DNA from: Vicinamibacteria bacterium
GTDB taxonomy: Bacteria > Acidobacteriota > Vicinamibacteria > Marinacidobacterales > Marinacidobacteraceae
DNA length: 64,000 bases
NCBI GenBank assembly: GCA_965199715.1
Contig: OZ241322.1
Coordinates: 1,280,001-1,344,000 of the forward strand
Direction: 5' to 3'
Both the position numbers and the translations under genes were made by a program. The notes below the pieces were generated by a model, which saw nothing but the letters and a program-made list of their open reading frames with translations, made no database searches and was not told the origin of the DNA. This document shows, in pieces, positions 17,663 through 27,908 of the stretch (positions within the stretch are counted from its first letter, which is position 1; each line of letters starts with the position of its first letter).

Positions 17663-17749
17663 GTCATCGCTCGAACTCCACGCCTCGAGTGGACACGAGA
17701 CAAAGCGTGCGGGAACAGGGCAGGCGTGCGTAAACGTTCGCTGTCTCCA

Positions 17750-18694
17750 TCACGGTGAAGAGGACGGCTGCCCGACAAGACGAATTGACGCCGTCCTGCC
17801 CACCTCGGGATCGACGTACACGATTTGGGCGATCATGCCGGCCTCGATGGGCGACCGCTCGGAGAGCACCCGCGCCTTCGAGAACCGCGCTTCGGCGCTC
17901 GTGACCGCGATTCGGGCGACGAGCTCCTCCTCGCTGCCGAGGAACTCGCCGGTGGCGGGATCGGTGAAGGACTCGCCCTCGGAGTGCACGTGGAGCGTGT
18001 CGCCGTCGAGGAGCAGCCCGTCGCCGTAGTTCAGGATGATCTCGCCGGCGCCGGTCCGCGCCGCGACCCGGATCGGATAGACGCTGGAGACCACCATGAA
18101 GGTGATGTCGCGGGCGGCCATCCGCATGACGTTGCCGAGAAGCTGCGCGACGTCGTGCTTCACCCGCGCCCCGACGCCCTCGAGCGCGAAGCCCCGCGAG
18201 CCGTCCGCCTCGACGGCGACGCTCTCGGCGATGGCGGTCGTGCCGTTCTCGGCGTCGAGGATGCGGATATCGACCGCCATGTTCGCCTTCTTCTTCGCGG
18301 CTCCGAAGCCGCCGAATCCGGCGACCTCCGCGGTCATGCCGTACTGGGTGATCGCGCCGATCACGACGTGGCCGAGCCCGGAGAGGTGGAGGTTCGAGGA
18401 TCCGTCGGTGAGGCCGAAGCCGCCCATGCCCTGTTCGCCGAGGATCGCCTCCATGCGGTCGCGCTCGATCACGCGGAACTTCTGCGTCTTCACGAGCGCG
18501 GTAGTGAGCATGTCGATGAACGCTCTCGTGTCCTCCCGGAGGCCCCGTCCGAAGGCCGAGAACGCCTTGTCCCGGTCCGAATCGGGGGCGAGGTACTCGA
18601 TGTCCCCGACGCCGATGCGGATCCGCTCGGGGGCCGCGTCCTGCGCCAGGGCCAGTCCGGGGACCAGCACCAACGTTGCGATGAGTGGTTTCAT
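17750..18694 (-). CDS. CsgG/HfaB-family exported protein with a probable FlgT-like C-terminal domain
   Basis: Signal peptide; LTTALVKTQKFRVIERDRMEAILGEQ, GAITQYG and AVDIRILDAENG (CsgG-like); C-terminal DPATGEFLGSEE. Confidence 0.75.
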   Translation of the reverse strand: MKPLIATLVLVPGLALAQDAAPERIRIGVGDIEYLAPDSDRDKAFSAFGRGLREDTRAFIDMLTTALVKTQKFRVIERDRMEAILGEQGMGGFGLTDGSSNLHLSGLGHVVIGAITQYGMTAEVAGFGGFGAAKKKANMAVDIRILDAENGTTAIAESVAVEADGSRGFALEGVGARVKHDVAQLLGNVMRMAARDITFMVVSSVYPIRVAARTGAGEIILNYGDGLLLDGDTLHVHSEGESFTDPATGEFLGSEEELVARIAVTSAEARFSKARVLSERSPIEAGMIAQIVYVDPEVGRTASIRLVGQPSSSP

Positions 18695-18798
18695 GGGTCT
18701 CTCCCTGAATCGGGGCCCGTCGGGGCCGTTCGGTTTCGAGGGGAACCCAGGGGCGCAAGGCGTCACTTCCGGTCCCGACCGGCCCTAAAATCGACCCG

Positions 18799-19179
18799 AT
18801 GCGAAGAAGGGTGGACAGCGGGGTCGCGTGGGAGGCGGAGTACGCCTACAGCCGCGCCGTCCGGGTCGGGGACCGCATCCTCGTGTCCGGCACCACCGCG
18901 ACCGGCGCGGACGGTCCGGTCGCGCTCGGGGACGCGGCCGGACAGACCGACTTCGCGCTCGGGAAGATCCGCGACGCGCTCGCCGCGCTCGGCGGCTCGC
19001 TCGGGGACGTGGTGCGCACCCGGGTCCACGTCAAGCCGGGAGCGGACTGGCGGGCGGTCGCCGAGGTCCACGGGAAGTGGTTCCGCGACGTCCGGCCCGC
19101 GTGCACGCTGACCTTCGCCGAGCTGGTGGGCGAGGAGTACCTCGTGGAGATCGAGGTCGAGGCGGTGGTCTCGGCGTGA
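18799..19179 (+). CDS. Rid (YjgF/YER057c/UK114) family protein
   Basis: YSRAVRVGDRILVSGT, DVVRTRV, RPACT and LVEIEVEA motifs. Confidence 0.92.
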   Translation: MRRRVDSGVAWEAEYAYSRAVRVGDRILVSGTTATGADGPVALGDAAGQTDFALGKIRDALAALGGSLGDVVRTRVHVKPGADWRAVAEVHGKWFRDVRPACTLTFAELVGEEYLVEIEVEAVVSA

Positions 19180-22100
19180 TCGCGCTCGTCCTGCTGGCGC
19201 TGGCGCAGGGGCCGGTCGAGCGCGCCGCCTGGCCCGACGGGTTCCCGGTTCCTGAGGAGGTCGCGGACGGCTTCGGGATGCGGATGGTCGGGCCGTCCCG
19301 GGGCGGGCGGGTCACCACCGTGACCGGCGTGCTCTCGAAGCCGCACACGTTCTACATGGGTTCGACCGGCGGCGGGGTCTGGCGCACCGAGAACGCCGGC
19401 CGGTCGTGGACGAACCTCACCGACGACGCCTTCGCGGTGGGCTCCATCGGCGCGGTCGCGGTGGCCCCGTCGGATCCGAACGTGATCTGGGTCGGAACCG
19501 GCTCGGCGAGCCCCCGGGGAAACATCTCGGTCGGCAACGGGGTGTATCGGAGCACCGACGAGGGGCGGACGTGGACGCACGTCGGGCTACCCGGGGCGGG
19601 CCTGATCGGCCGGATCGCCGTGGACCCGGACGACCCCGACCGCGCCTTCGTCGCGGCGCTGGGCCAGATCTTCGGGCGGTCGCCCGACCGCGGCGTGTAT
19701 CGCACGGGCGACGCGGGCGAGACCTGGGAGCCGGTTCTCCAAATCTCCGACGCGGTGGGCGCGGTGGACCTCGCGATGAGTCCGGCCAACCCGAGAGTGC
19801 TGTTCGCGGCGATGTGGCAGGCGGAACGCAAGCCGTGGGACCTCGTGGACGGCGGCCCCGACGGCGGGCTCTACCGGACCGCCGACGGCGGCGACACGTG
19901 GGAGCTTCTCGGCCGCGGGCTTCCCGAGGCCTCGGAGGAGCGGCCCCTCGGCCGGATCGGGGTCTCCATCGCCGCCTCCCGGCCGTCGCGGGTCTATGCG
20001 CTCGTGACCGCCGCCGAGCAACGGGGCGGCCTCTATCGGAGCGAGGACGGGGGCGACTCGTGGACGCGGATCAACGGCGACCGCCGGCTACGGACCCGGG
20101 GCTGGTACTACAGCCACGTCGCAGCCGATCCCAACGACGCCGACACGATCTATGTGATGAACGCGCCGTTCCTGAAGTCGGTGGACGCGGGGGTCTCGTT
20201 CGAGGTCAAGCCCACCCCGCACGGCGACAACCACGACCTGTGGATCCGTCCCGGCGACTCCCGGATCATGGTGGAGGCCAACGACGGGGGCGCGAACGTG
20301 ACGCTCGACGGCGGGAAGACTTGGTCCTCGATCCACAACCAGCCCACGGCCGAGTTCTACCGGCTGACGGTGGACGACGGCTTCCCGCGCCGGCTCTACG
20401 GCGCCCAGCAGGACAACTCGACGATCAGCGTGCCGGCGTGGACCGACGGCGGCCTCTCCCCCGAGGCGCACTGGCTCGACGTGGCCGGCGGCGAGAGCGG
20501 CCACATCGCGGTGACGCCGGGGAACCCCGAGCTCTCCTACGCCGGCAACTACATCGGCCAGATCGACCGGCTGGACCAGAACGGGGCCGGAGCGCGCAAC
20601 GTCATCGCGTACCCGCAGCTCGCTGACGGCGTGGCCCCGAAGGATCTCCGGTATCGGTTCCAGTGGAACGCGCCCATCCTCGTCTCCCGCCACGACCCGG
20701 ACGTCGTGCTCCACGCCTCGAACCACGTCCACCGCACGACCGACGGCGGGCTCACCTGGGAGACGATCTCGCCCGACCTGACCGTCAACGACGCCGAGCG
20801 GCAGCTTCTGCCGGGCCGCCCGGTCCAGCACGACCACACCGGCGTGGAGGTGTACGGAACGGTGTTCGCGCTGGCCGAGTCGCCGGGGCTTCCCGGCCTG
20901 CTCTGGGCCGGCTCCGACGACGGGCGCGTCCACCTGACGCGGGACTCCGGCGCGACGTGGATCGAGGTCACGCCGCCGGGCATGCCCTCGGGCGGCACCG
21001 TGAACAGCGTGGACGCCTCGTTCCACGAAAACGGGGGCGCGCTCGTCACCGTGCACCGCTACCGCGAGAACGACTTCGCGCCGTATCTCTTCCGGACCGC
21101 CGACTTCGGCGCGACGTGGACCCGGATCGAGAGCCTGCCGCCCGGCCACCCGGTGCGGGCGGCGCGGCAGGATCCGGTGGATCCCGACCTGCTCTTCGTC
21201 GGGACCGAGTTCGGCCTCTTCGCGAGCTTCGACGGCGGCGAGCGGTTCGTCCCGTTCGGCGGAATCCCCGCCACGCCCATCACCGACATCCAGATCGCGG
21301 GCGACGAGCTGCTGGTCGCGACCCAGGGGCGCTCGTTCTGGGTCTTCGACGACCTGACGCCGCTGCGCGGGATCATGGGGCGCGACTGGAGCGCGCCGGC
21401 GCTGCTGCCTTCGGGCGCGGCGGTGCGGCTCGCGACCGGCGGCGGGCGCGGATTCCGGGGCCCCGGGGCGCCGGAGAACCGGCCGCCGGGGGCGCTGCTC
21501 CACTACTTCCTGCCCGAAGAAGTCGAGGGGCCGCTCAGCCTGACGATCCGCGACGCGGCCGGCGAGGTCGCGCGGCGCTTCGTGCGCAAGCCGGACGAGG
21601 ACGCCGAGGGCCCGCCCGAGCCGGACGCGACCCTCGAGGCCGACGAAGGATTCCACCGGGTCGTCTGGGATCTGAAGGAGCCGCGGCCGAAGCTGCAGCC
21701 GGACACGTTCATGTCCATCTCGTACACCGGCGGCGCCTTCGTTCCGCCGGGCGGATACGCGGCGGTCCTCGAAGCCGGAGACGTGACTTCGGAGATCGCC
21801 TTCGACGTGCGCCCCGATCCGCGCTCGCCCTGGACCGAGGCGGACCTCGCCGAGCAGCACCGGGTCGCGCGGGCCGCCCGCGACCTTCTCGAGACCATCC
21901 ACGACCGGATCGGAGCCATCCGGGAGGTCCGGGAGCAGGTCGAGGCGGCGCGCGAACGCGTTCCGGAAGGGGAGGCGCGGGAGCTCGCCGACGCGCTTCT
22001 CGCCGACCTCGAGATGATCGAGGAAACGCTCATCCAGACCAGGAACGAGTCCGGGCAGGACCCGATCAACTTCCCGCCGAAGCTGGACAACCAGGTCGCC

Positions 22101-22325
22101 TACCTCTACGGCCACGTCGCCCGGAATTACGGGCGTCCCACCGAAGGGTCGCGGGAGCGGCTCGCCGACCTCCAGCGGGAAGCCGGAACGGTGCTGGACC
22201 GGCTCCGCGAACGGCTCGGGGCGGGCCTCGACGCCCTGAACGAGGCGTTCGCCGAGGCCGGGATCACCGGCGCGGTGGGTCAGGAGTCGTCGGGCGGCAG
22301 AGCCGCCAGAATTCCCTCCCGATAG
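19176..22325 (+). CDS. VPS10/BNR-repeat beta-propeller glycosyl hydrolase-like protein
   Basis: Repeated Asp-box motifs (RTENAGRSW, RSTDEGRTW, RTADGGDTW, RSEDGGDSW, TLDGGKTW, RTTDGGLTW), GPSRGGR and HGDNHDLWI, with a C-terminal helical region. Confidence 0.88.
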   Translation: MIALVLLALAQGPVERAAWPDGFPVPEEVADGFGMRMVGPSRGGRVTTVTGVLSKPHTFYMGSTGGGVWRTENAGRSWTNLTDDAFAVGSIGAVAVAPSDPNVIWVGTGSASPRGNISVGNGVYRSTDEGRTWTHVGLPGAGLIGRIAVDPDDPDRAFVAALGQIFGRSPDRGVYRTGDAGETWEPVLQISDAVGAVDLAMSPANPRVLFAAMWQAERKPWDLVDGGPDGGLYRTADGGDTWELLGRGLPEASEERPLGRIGVSIAASRPSRVYALVTAAEQRGGLYRSEDGGDSWTRINGDRRLRTRGWYYSHVAADPNDADTIYVMNAPFLKSVDAGVSFEVKPTPHGDNHDLWIRPGDSRIMVEANDGGANVTLDGGKTWSSIHNQPTAEFYRLTVDDGFPRRLYGAQQDNSTISVPAWTDGGLSPEAHWLDVAGGESGHIAVTPGNPELSYAGNYIGQIDRLDQNGAGARNVIAYPQLADGVAPKDLRYRFQWNAPILVSRHDPDVVLHASNHVHRTTDGGLTWETISPDLTVNDAERQLLPGRPVQHDHTGVEVYGTVFALAESPGLPGLLWAGSDDGRVHLTRDSGATWIEVTPPGMPSGGTVNSVDASFHENGGALVTVHRYRENDFAPYLFRTADFGATWTRIESLPPGHPVRAARQDPVDPDLLFVGTEFGLFASFDGGERFVPFGGIPATPITDIQIAGDELLVATQGRSFWVFDDLTPLRGIMGRDWSAPALLPSGAAVRLATGGGRGFRGPGAPENRPPGALLHYFLPEEVEGPLSLTIRDAAGEVARRFVRKPDEDAEGPPEPDATLEADEGFHRVVWDLKEPRPKLQPDTFMSISYTGGAFVPPGGYAAVLEAGDVTSEIAFDVRPDPRSPWTEADLAEQHRVARAARDLLETIHDRIGAIREVREQVEAARERVPEGEARELADALLADLEMIEETLIQTRNESGQDPINFPPKLDNQVAYLYGHVARNYGRPTEGSRERLADLQREAGTVLDRLRERLGAGLDALNEAFAEAGITGAVGQESSGGRAARIPSR

Positions 22326-23334
22326 GGGAACAGGCCCGGCGAACCGCCGGTGCACAGGAAGACGACGTCGTCGCCGGAGCCGAACGCGCCCCGGCGGACC
22401 AGGTCGAGGAACCCGGCCATGCCCTTCCCGGAATAGACCGGGTCGAGGAAGATCCCCTCGGCCCGGGCCATCGTCGCGATGGCCTCCACGAGGGCTCGGT
22501 TTATGAACCCGTAGCCGGCGCCGATGTAGTCCTCGTTCACCTCCACGTCCTCGGGCCGGATCTCCACGTCGAGCTCCAGCGCGGCGACCGTCTCCCGCGC
22601 CAGCTTCAGGATGTTCGCCTCCGCGGCGGCCTTGCGGCGGCCCGTCCCGATTCCGAGAATCCGGACGTCGGGGGCGAGCGCCCGCGCCGCCGCGACGAGG
22701 CCGGCCTGGGTGCTTCCGGAGCCGGAGCCCAGGACGACGCAGGACGGGCGGACGCCGAGCTCGGTCGCCTGGCGGAGCAGCTCCCGAAACGCTTCGGCGT
22801 AGGAGATCGCCCCGAGCGGATTCGTGAGCGACCCGATCACCCCCGATCCGCCGACCGGAACCACGTAGGGCTTGCGGCCTCGTTCCGAAGCTCGTCGGCC
22901 CACGCCTCGGCCGCGGCCCGCGGGTCGTCGCCGACGGAGAGGATCCGGGTCTCGACCCCGAGGATCCGGTCCAGCAACAGGTTCCCGTCGGCGGGATCCA
23001 CCGCGGTCGGCGTCCGCCGCTCGAGGACCGCCGCCGTCCGCATCCCGAGCCGCCGGGCGCAGGCGCCGGTCATGCGCACCCAGTTCGACTGGACCGCCGC
23101 CCACGTCACGATCACGTCCGCGTCCCGGGCTTCGGCGTCCGCGAGGATGAAGCTCAGCTTGCGCGCCTTGTTGCCCCCGAGCGCATGCCCGGTGAGGTCG
23201 TCCCGCTTGCCGAGGATGCGCGGCCCGCCGAGCAGCCGCGTCAGCGCCGGAAGCTCCTCGAGCGGCGTGGGGAGAAGCGCGAGTTCCTGGCGGGGGAAGC
23301 GTGCGACGGCGCGGTCGAGAGCCTCGGGGTCCAT
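22280..23334 (-). pseudogene. D-cysteine desulfhydrase/ACC deaminase-family PLP enzyme, split by an apparent 1-nt deletion at about 22878 (true pseudogene or sequencing error)
   Basis: The N-terminal half ([30 protein letters not shown]) and the C-terminal half ([31 protein letters not shown]) lie in different frames. Confidence 0.85.
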
Positions 23335-24455
23335 CACTCGCCGAGGCCCTCGACGAGCCCTTCCCGGTAGGGGAACAGCGCCGGCGTGCCGCCGGTGTGG
23401 ACGAAGACCACCGTGTCCTCGGAAGTCAGGTCGCCGCGCGCGATCAGGTCCATGAGCCCGGCCATCGCCTTGCCGGTATAGACCGGATCGAGGAGCAGCC
23501 CCTCGGTGCGGGCCACCTGCGCGATCGCGCCGGTGACGTCGGCGTTGAGGATTCCGTAGCCCTCGCCCACCCAGTCGTCCATCACCACGACGTCCTCGGG
23601 CCGAACCTCCACGTCGAGGCCCATGGCGGTCACCGTCTCGCGGGCGAGCGCGAGCACGTTGGCCTCGCCCCGCTCCTTCGAGCCGCCGCTGGAGATCCCG
23701 ATCACGCGCACGTCGGGGGCGAGCGCCCGGGCCCCGACGACGAACCCGGCCTGGGTGCTGCCCGACCCCGAGGCGTGGATCACGTGGGTGGGCCTTGCGC
23801 CCATTCGGTCGGCCTGCGCGAGAAGTTCCCGGAACGCCTGCGCGTAGGCGACGGCCCCGAGCGGAATTTCCATCGAGTGGCCGGTGGCCGAGCCGCCGAC
23901 CGCGACGACGTAGGGCCGGCGGCCGGCGGCGATCTCCGCCTCGGCGATCTCGTCCACCGCCGACTCCCGGTCGTCCTCGGGTTCGAGGAGGCGCACGTCC
24001 GCCCCCAGCAGCCGGTCGAGAAGCAGGTTCCCGTCGGGCGGGGTCGTGCTCTGGTGCTCGCCGCGCTGGAGCACGAGGATGGGCTGCATGCCGAGGCGGC
24101 GCGCTCCGGCGGCGGTCATCCGCGCCCAGTTGGACTGGACCCCGGCCCAGGTGAGGACCATGTCGCTCTCCCGAGCGACCGCGTCGGCGAGGATGAATTC
24201 CAGCTTCCGCGCCTTGTTGCCGCCGAAGGCCAGCCCGGTCAGGTCCTCTCGCTTCACGAGCAACCGGGGGCCGCCCAGTTCGGCGGCGAGCGCGGGCATG
24301 TCCTCGAGCGCGGTCGGGAGCTGGGCGAGATCCACCTGCGCGAAGACCGCGACCGCCTCGTCGAAGCGGACCGTGGGGTCGTCCGGCGGCTCGGGCGGGG
24401 CGCCGCCGCAGTGCGCGAGCGCCGCGCCGAAGAGAAGAAGGCGGAGTCGGTCCAT
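23334..24455 (-). CDS. D-cysteine desulfhydrase-family PLP enzyme with an N-terminal lipoprotein-like signal
   Basis: [18 protein letters not shown] leader; [42 protein letters not shown] and HTGG motifs. Confidence 0.9.
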   Translation of the reverse strand: MDRLRLLLFGAALAHCGGAPPEPPDDPTVRFDEAVAVFAQVDLAQLPTALEDMPALAAELGGPRLLVKREDLTGLAFGGNKARKLEFILADAVARESDMVLTWAGVQSNWARMTAAGARRLGMQPILVLQRGEHQSTTPPDGNLLLDRLLGADVRLLEPEDDRESAVDEIAEAEIAAGRRPYVVAVGGSATGHSMEIPLGAVAYAQAFRELLAQADRMGARPTHVIHASGSGSTQAGFVVGARALAPDVRVIGISSGGSKERGEANVLALARETVTAMGLDVEVRPEDVVVMDDWVGEGYGILNADVTGAIAQVARTEGLLLDPVYTGKAMAGLMDLIARGDLTSEDTVVFVHTGGTPALFPYREGLVEGLGE

Positions 24456-24507
24456 CGCTGCATGCAACCAGATCGGGGCGAACGGCGCACCCTCTAGAAT
24501 TCGGCCG

Positions 24508-26115
24508 TTGGCACGCATCCAGTCGCAGATTCGCACGGATTCCGAGGAATTCCTCGCGAATCGAGCGCACAACCTCGCGCTGTGCGAAGAACTGGATCGC
24601 CGCCGCGCCGAAGCCGCGGCCGGCGGCGGCGACCGCGCGCGGAAGCGCCACGTCGAACAGGGGAAGCTCCCGGTCCGGGAGCGGATCCGGCTGCTGACCG
24701 ATCCGGGGACCGATTTTCTCGAGATCGGCGCCCTCGCCGGCCTCGACTGCTACGACGCACCCACGCCGGCGGCCGGCCTCGTCGCCGGCGTGGGGGTCGT
24801 CTCGGGGCGGCTCGCGATGGTGGTGGCGAACGACGCCACGGTGAAGGGCGGGACCTACTTCCCGCTCACGGTCAAGAAGCACCTGCGGGCGCAGGAGATC
24901 GCCGAGGCGGCGCGGCTTCCGTGCATCTACCTCGTCGATAGCGGCGGCGCGTTCCTGCCGCTCCAGGCCGAGGTCTTCCCGGATCGCGACCACTTCGGGC
25001 GCATCTTCCGGAACCAGGCGGCGATGAGCGCCGCCGGAATCCCGCAGCTCGCCGCGGTCATGGGGATGTGCACCGCGGGCGGGGCCTACGTGCCCGCGAT
25101 GAGCGACGAGGCGGTCATCGTCGGGGGCGTCGGGACGATCTATCTCGGCGGGCCGCCGCTGGTGCGCGCGGCGACCGGCGAGGTGGTGACCCCCGAAGAG
25201 CTCGGCGGGGCGCGGGTGCACACCGAGACCTCCGGCGTGGCCGACCACTACGCCGAGGACGACCGCGACGCGCTCCGCATCCTGCGCCGCTCGGTCGCCC
25301 GGCTGGCGCCCGCCGGCGGCGCGGCGCTCCCCGACCGCCACGAGGAGCTTCCCGACTACCCCGAGGAGGAGATTCTCGGCCTCATGCCGAAGGATCGGCG
25401 GGTGCGGGTGGACGTCCGCGAGATCCTCGCCCGCCTGCTCGACTCCAGCCGGCTCGACGAGTTCAAGAAGCGCTACGGAACCACGCTGGTCACCGGGTTC
25501 GCGCACATCCACGGGATCGCGGTGGGGGTCGTCGCGAGCAACGGCGTGCTGTTCAGCGAGAGCGCGCTCAAGGGGGCGCACTTCATCCAGATCTGCGCCC
25601 GCGAGGGCCTGCCGCTGCTGTTCGTGCAGGACATCACCGGATTCATGGTCGGGGCGCGCTACGAGCACGGCGGCATCGCGAAGGACGGGGCCAAGATGGT
25701 CCACGCGGTGGCCACGGCCGGGACGCCGCGGATCACCCTGATCGCCGGGGGCAGCTTCGGCGCGGGCAACTACGCGATGTGCGGCCGGGCCTTCGACCCG
25801 CTCTTCGCGTGGTCGTGGCCCTCGAGCCGGATTTCGGTCATGGGCGGCGAGCAGGCGGCCTCGGTGCTCACGCAGGTGAAGCGCGACCAGCGGGAGCGCG
25901 CCGGCGAGGCGCTTTCGGACGCGGAGGCCGAGGCCATCGCCGCGCCGGTGCGCGAGAAGTACGAACGCGAGGGCAGCCCGTACTACGCGACGGCGCGGCT
26001 TTGGGACGACGGCGTGCAGGACATGCGGAACACCCGCCGGGCGCTCGCGCTCAGCCTCGCGGCGGCGCAGAACGCGGAGCCGCCCGAGCCGAAGCACGGG
26101 ATCTTCCGGATGTGA
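24508..26115 (+). CDS. Acyl-CoA carboxylase carboxyltransferase subunit (3-methylcrotonyl/geranyl-CoA carboxylase beta-like)
   Basis: [71 protein letters not shown] and a GIFRM end. Confidence 0.95.
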   Translation: MARIQSQIRTDSEEFLANRAHNLALCEELDRRRAEAAAGGGDRARKRHVEQGKLPVRERIRLLTDPGTDFLEIGALAGLDCYDAPTPAAGLVAGVGVVSGRLAMVVANDATVKGGTYFPLTVKKHLRAQEIAEAARLPCIYLVDSGGAFLPLQAEVFPDRDHFGRIFRNQAAMSAAGIPQLAAVMGMCTAGGAYVPAMSDEAVIVGGVGTIYLGGPPLVRAATGEVVTPEELGGARVHTETSGVADHYAEDDRDALRILRRSVARLAPAGGAALPDRHEELPDYPEEEILGLMPKDRRVRVDVREILARLLDSSRLDEFKKRYGTTLVTGFAHIHGIAVGVVASNGVLFSESALKGAHFIQICAREGLPLLFVQDITGFMVGARYEHGGIAKDGAKMVHAVATAGTPRITLIAGGSFGAGNYAMCGRAFDPLFAWSWPSSRISVMGGEQAASVLTQVKRDQRERAGEALSDAEAEAIAAPVREKYEREGSPYYATARLWDDGVQDMRNTRRALALSLAAAQNAEPPEPKHGIFRM

Positions 26116-27908
26116 GCGACCTCGTCAGGATCGGGAACGCCGGCGGGTACTGGGGGGACGACCCCCGAGCGCTGGAGCGGCAAGTTCTGGGGCCCGAGCC
26201 GCCCGAATTCGTCACTTCGGACTTCCTCGCCGAGATCACGATGAGCATCCTGCGCAAGCAGCGCGATCGGAATCCGGAGGCCGGCTACGCCCGCGACTTC
26301 GTGACCCAGGTCGCGCCGCTGCTCGGCGCGCTCCGGGAGCGCGCGATCACCGTGATCACGAACGCCGGCGGCGTGAATCCGATGGGCTGCGCCCGCGCCG
26401 TGCTCGCCCGGGCGGACGCGGACGTGCGCATCGCGGTGGTCGATGGGGACGACTTGATGGACCAGGTTCCGGGTCTGGTCGCGTCGGGCTTCCGAAATCT
26501 GGAGACCGGCGCGGCCTTCGCCGGCGCGGCGGGGGACGTGGGGTCGGCGAACGCCTATCTGGGGGCGGAGCCGGTGGTTCGGGCGCTCGCTGGCGATCCG
26601 GCGATCGTGGTGACCGGGCGGGTGACCGACACCGGAATCACCCTCGCCGCGCTTCGCCATCGCTTCGGGTGGGCCGCCGACGACTGGGACAAGATCGCCC
26701 AGGGCGTCGTCGCCGGGCACCTGATCGAGTGCGGCGCGCAGGCGACCGGCGGCAATTTCACCGACTGGCGGCGGGTCCCGGGACTCGGGAACCTCGGATT
26801 CCCGATCGTCGAGGTGGAGCCGGACGGGGACTTCGTCGCCACCCTCCAGCCGGGCGAGGGCGGGCTCGTGAATCCGGCGGTAGTGCGCGAGCAGCTTCTG
26901 TACGAACTCGGCGATCCGGCCGCCTACCTCTGCCCCGACGCCACGGTGGACTTCTCGGGGCTGACCGCGGTCGCCGACGGGCCGAACCGGGTCCGGATCT
27001 CGGGAGCCCGCGGCGGCCCGCCGCCCCCCGACCTGAAGGTCAGCGCGACTGTCGCCGGCGGCTACGCGCTGCGGGGGAGCCTCGTGGTCGGCGGGCCGGA
27101 CGTGCGGGCGAAGACCGCCGCGTTGCGCGAGGCGGTCGCCGGGCGGCTCGCGGGCGACCCTCCGGACGAACTGAGGGTGGATCTCGCGGGCGACGACGCG
27201 GCGCAGCGCGGTTTCGCGAGCGGGGTCGAGCCTTCCGAGGGCCTCGTGCGGATCGCGGCGTGGAGCGAGCGCCGGGAGCCGCTGCTCGCGCTGCGGAAGC
27301 TGCTGCCGGCGCTCATTCTGAGCGGCCCCGCGGGCCTCGCGGTCACCGGCGGCGCGCCGCCCGTGTCCGAAGTGGCGGCGTACTGGCCGACGACGGTCCC
27401 CCGGTCATGGGTCACCGCGCGGGTGCGGGTCCTCGGGGGCGACGAACAGCTCGTCCCGACCTCCGGCCCCGCGGCGGCCCCCCGCCGGCGGGCGGCCGCT
27501 CCCGCCGCGACCCGGCCCTTCCCCCGGTCGGGGGTGCCGGCGCCGCTCGGCTCGATCGCCCACGCCCGCGCCGGCGACAAGGGCGACGCGGCGAACGTCG
27601 GGATCCTCGCCCGCAGCGAAGCCGCATGGGAGTACCTCGCGGCCCATCTGGACGCGGCGACCGTCGCCGGGTGGGCCGAGGGCGTCGCGAACGGACCGGT
27701 GGTCCGCTACGAGCTTCCGGGACTCCGGGCGCTCAATTTCGTCCTCGAAGGGGCGCTCGGGGGCGGCGGCACCCGGAGCCTCCTTCTCGATCCCCAGGGA
27801 AAGACGCTCGCGCAGGGAATCCTCCGCCGCCGGATCCCGGTGCCGCCGGCCGTGCTCGCGAGCGTTCCCGACGACGAGCGGCCCCTCTCCCCCGCCTGGC
27901 AGCCATGA
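26112..27908 (+). CDS. Acyclic terpene utilisation AtuA (DUF1446) family protein
   Basis: [54 protein letters not shown] and C-terminal HARAGDKGD...DPQGK. Confidence 0.92.
   Translation: MSDLVRIGNAGGYWGDDPRALERQVLGPEPPEFVTSDFLAEITMSILRKQRDRNPEAGYARDFVTQVAPLLGALRERAITVITNAGGVNPMGCARAVLARADADVRIAVVDGDDLMDQVPGLVASGFRNLETGAAFAGAAGDVGSANAYLGAEPVVRALAGDPAIVVTGRVTDTGITLAALRHRFGWAADDWDKIAQGVVAGHLIECGAQATGGNFTDWRRVPGLGNLGFPIVEVEPDGDFVATLQPGEGGLVNPAVVREQLLYELGDPAAYLCPDATVDFSGLTAVADGPNRVRISGARGGPPPPDLKVSATVAGGYALRGSLVVGGPDVRAKTAALREAVAGRLAGDPPDELRVDLAGDDAAQRGFASGVEPSEGLVRIAAWSERREPLLALRKLLPALILSGPAGLAVTGGAPPVSEVAAYWPTTVPRSWVTARVRVLGGDEQLVPTSGPAAAPRRRAAAPAATRPFPRSGVPAPLGSIAHARAGDKGDAANVGILARSEAAWEYLAAHLDAATVAGWAEGVANGPVVRYELPGLRALNFVLEGALGGGGTRSLLLDPQGKTLAQGILRRRIPVPPAVLASVPDDERPLSPAWQP

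Noticed and set aside
17761-17797. AGGACGGC...GCCGTCCT inverted repeat
   Set aside because: An 8-bp GC-rich stem with a 21-nt loop inside a CDS end and no U-tract; likely to arise by chance.
22280-24455. ACC deaminase (acdS) call
   Set aside because: The diagnostic Glu (DPVYEGK) and Leu (HLGG) are replaced by Thr/Ser and Thr.
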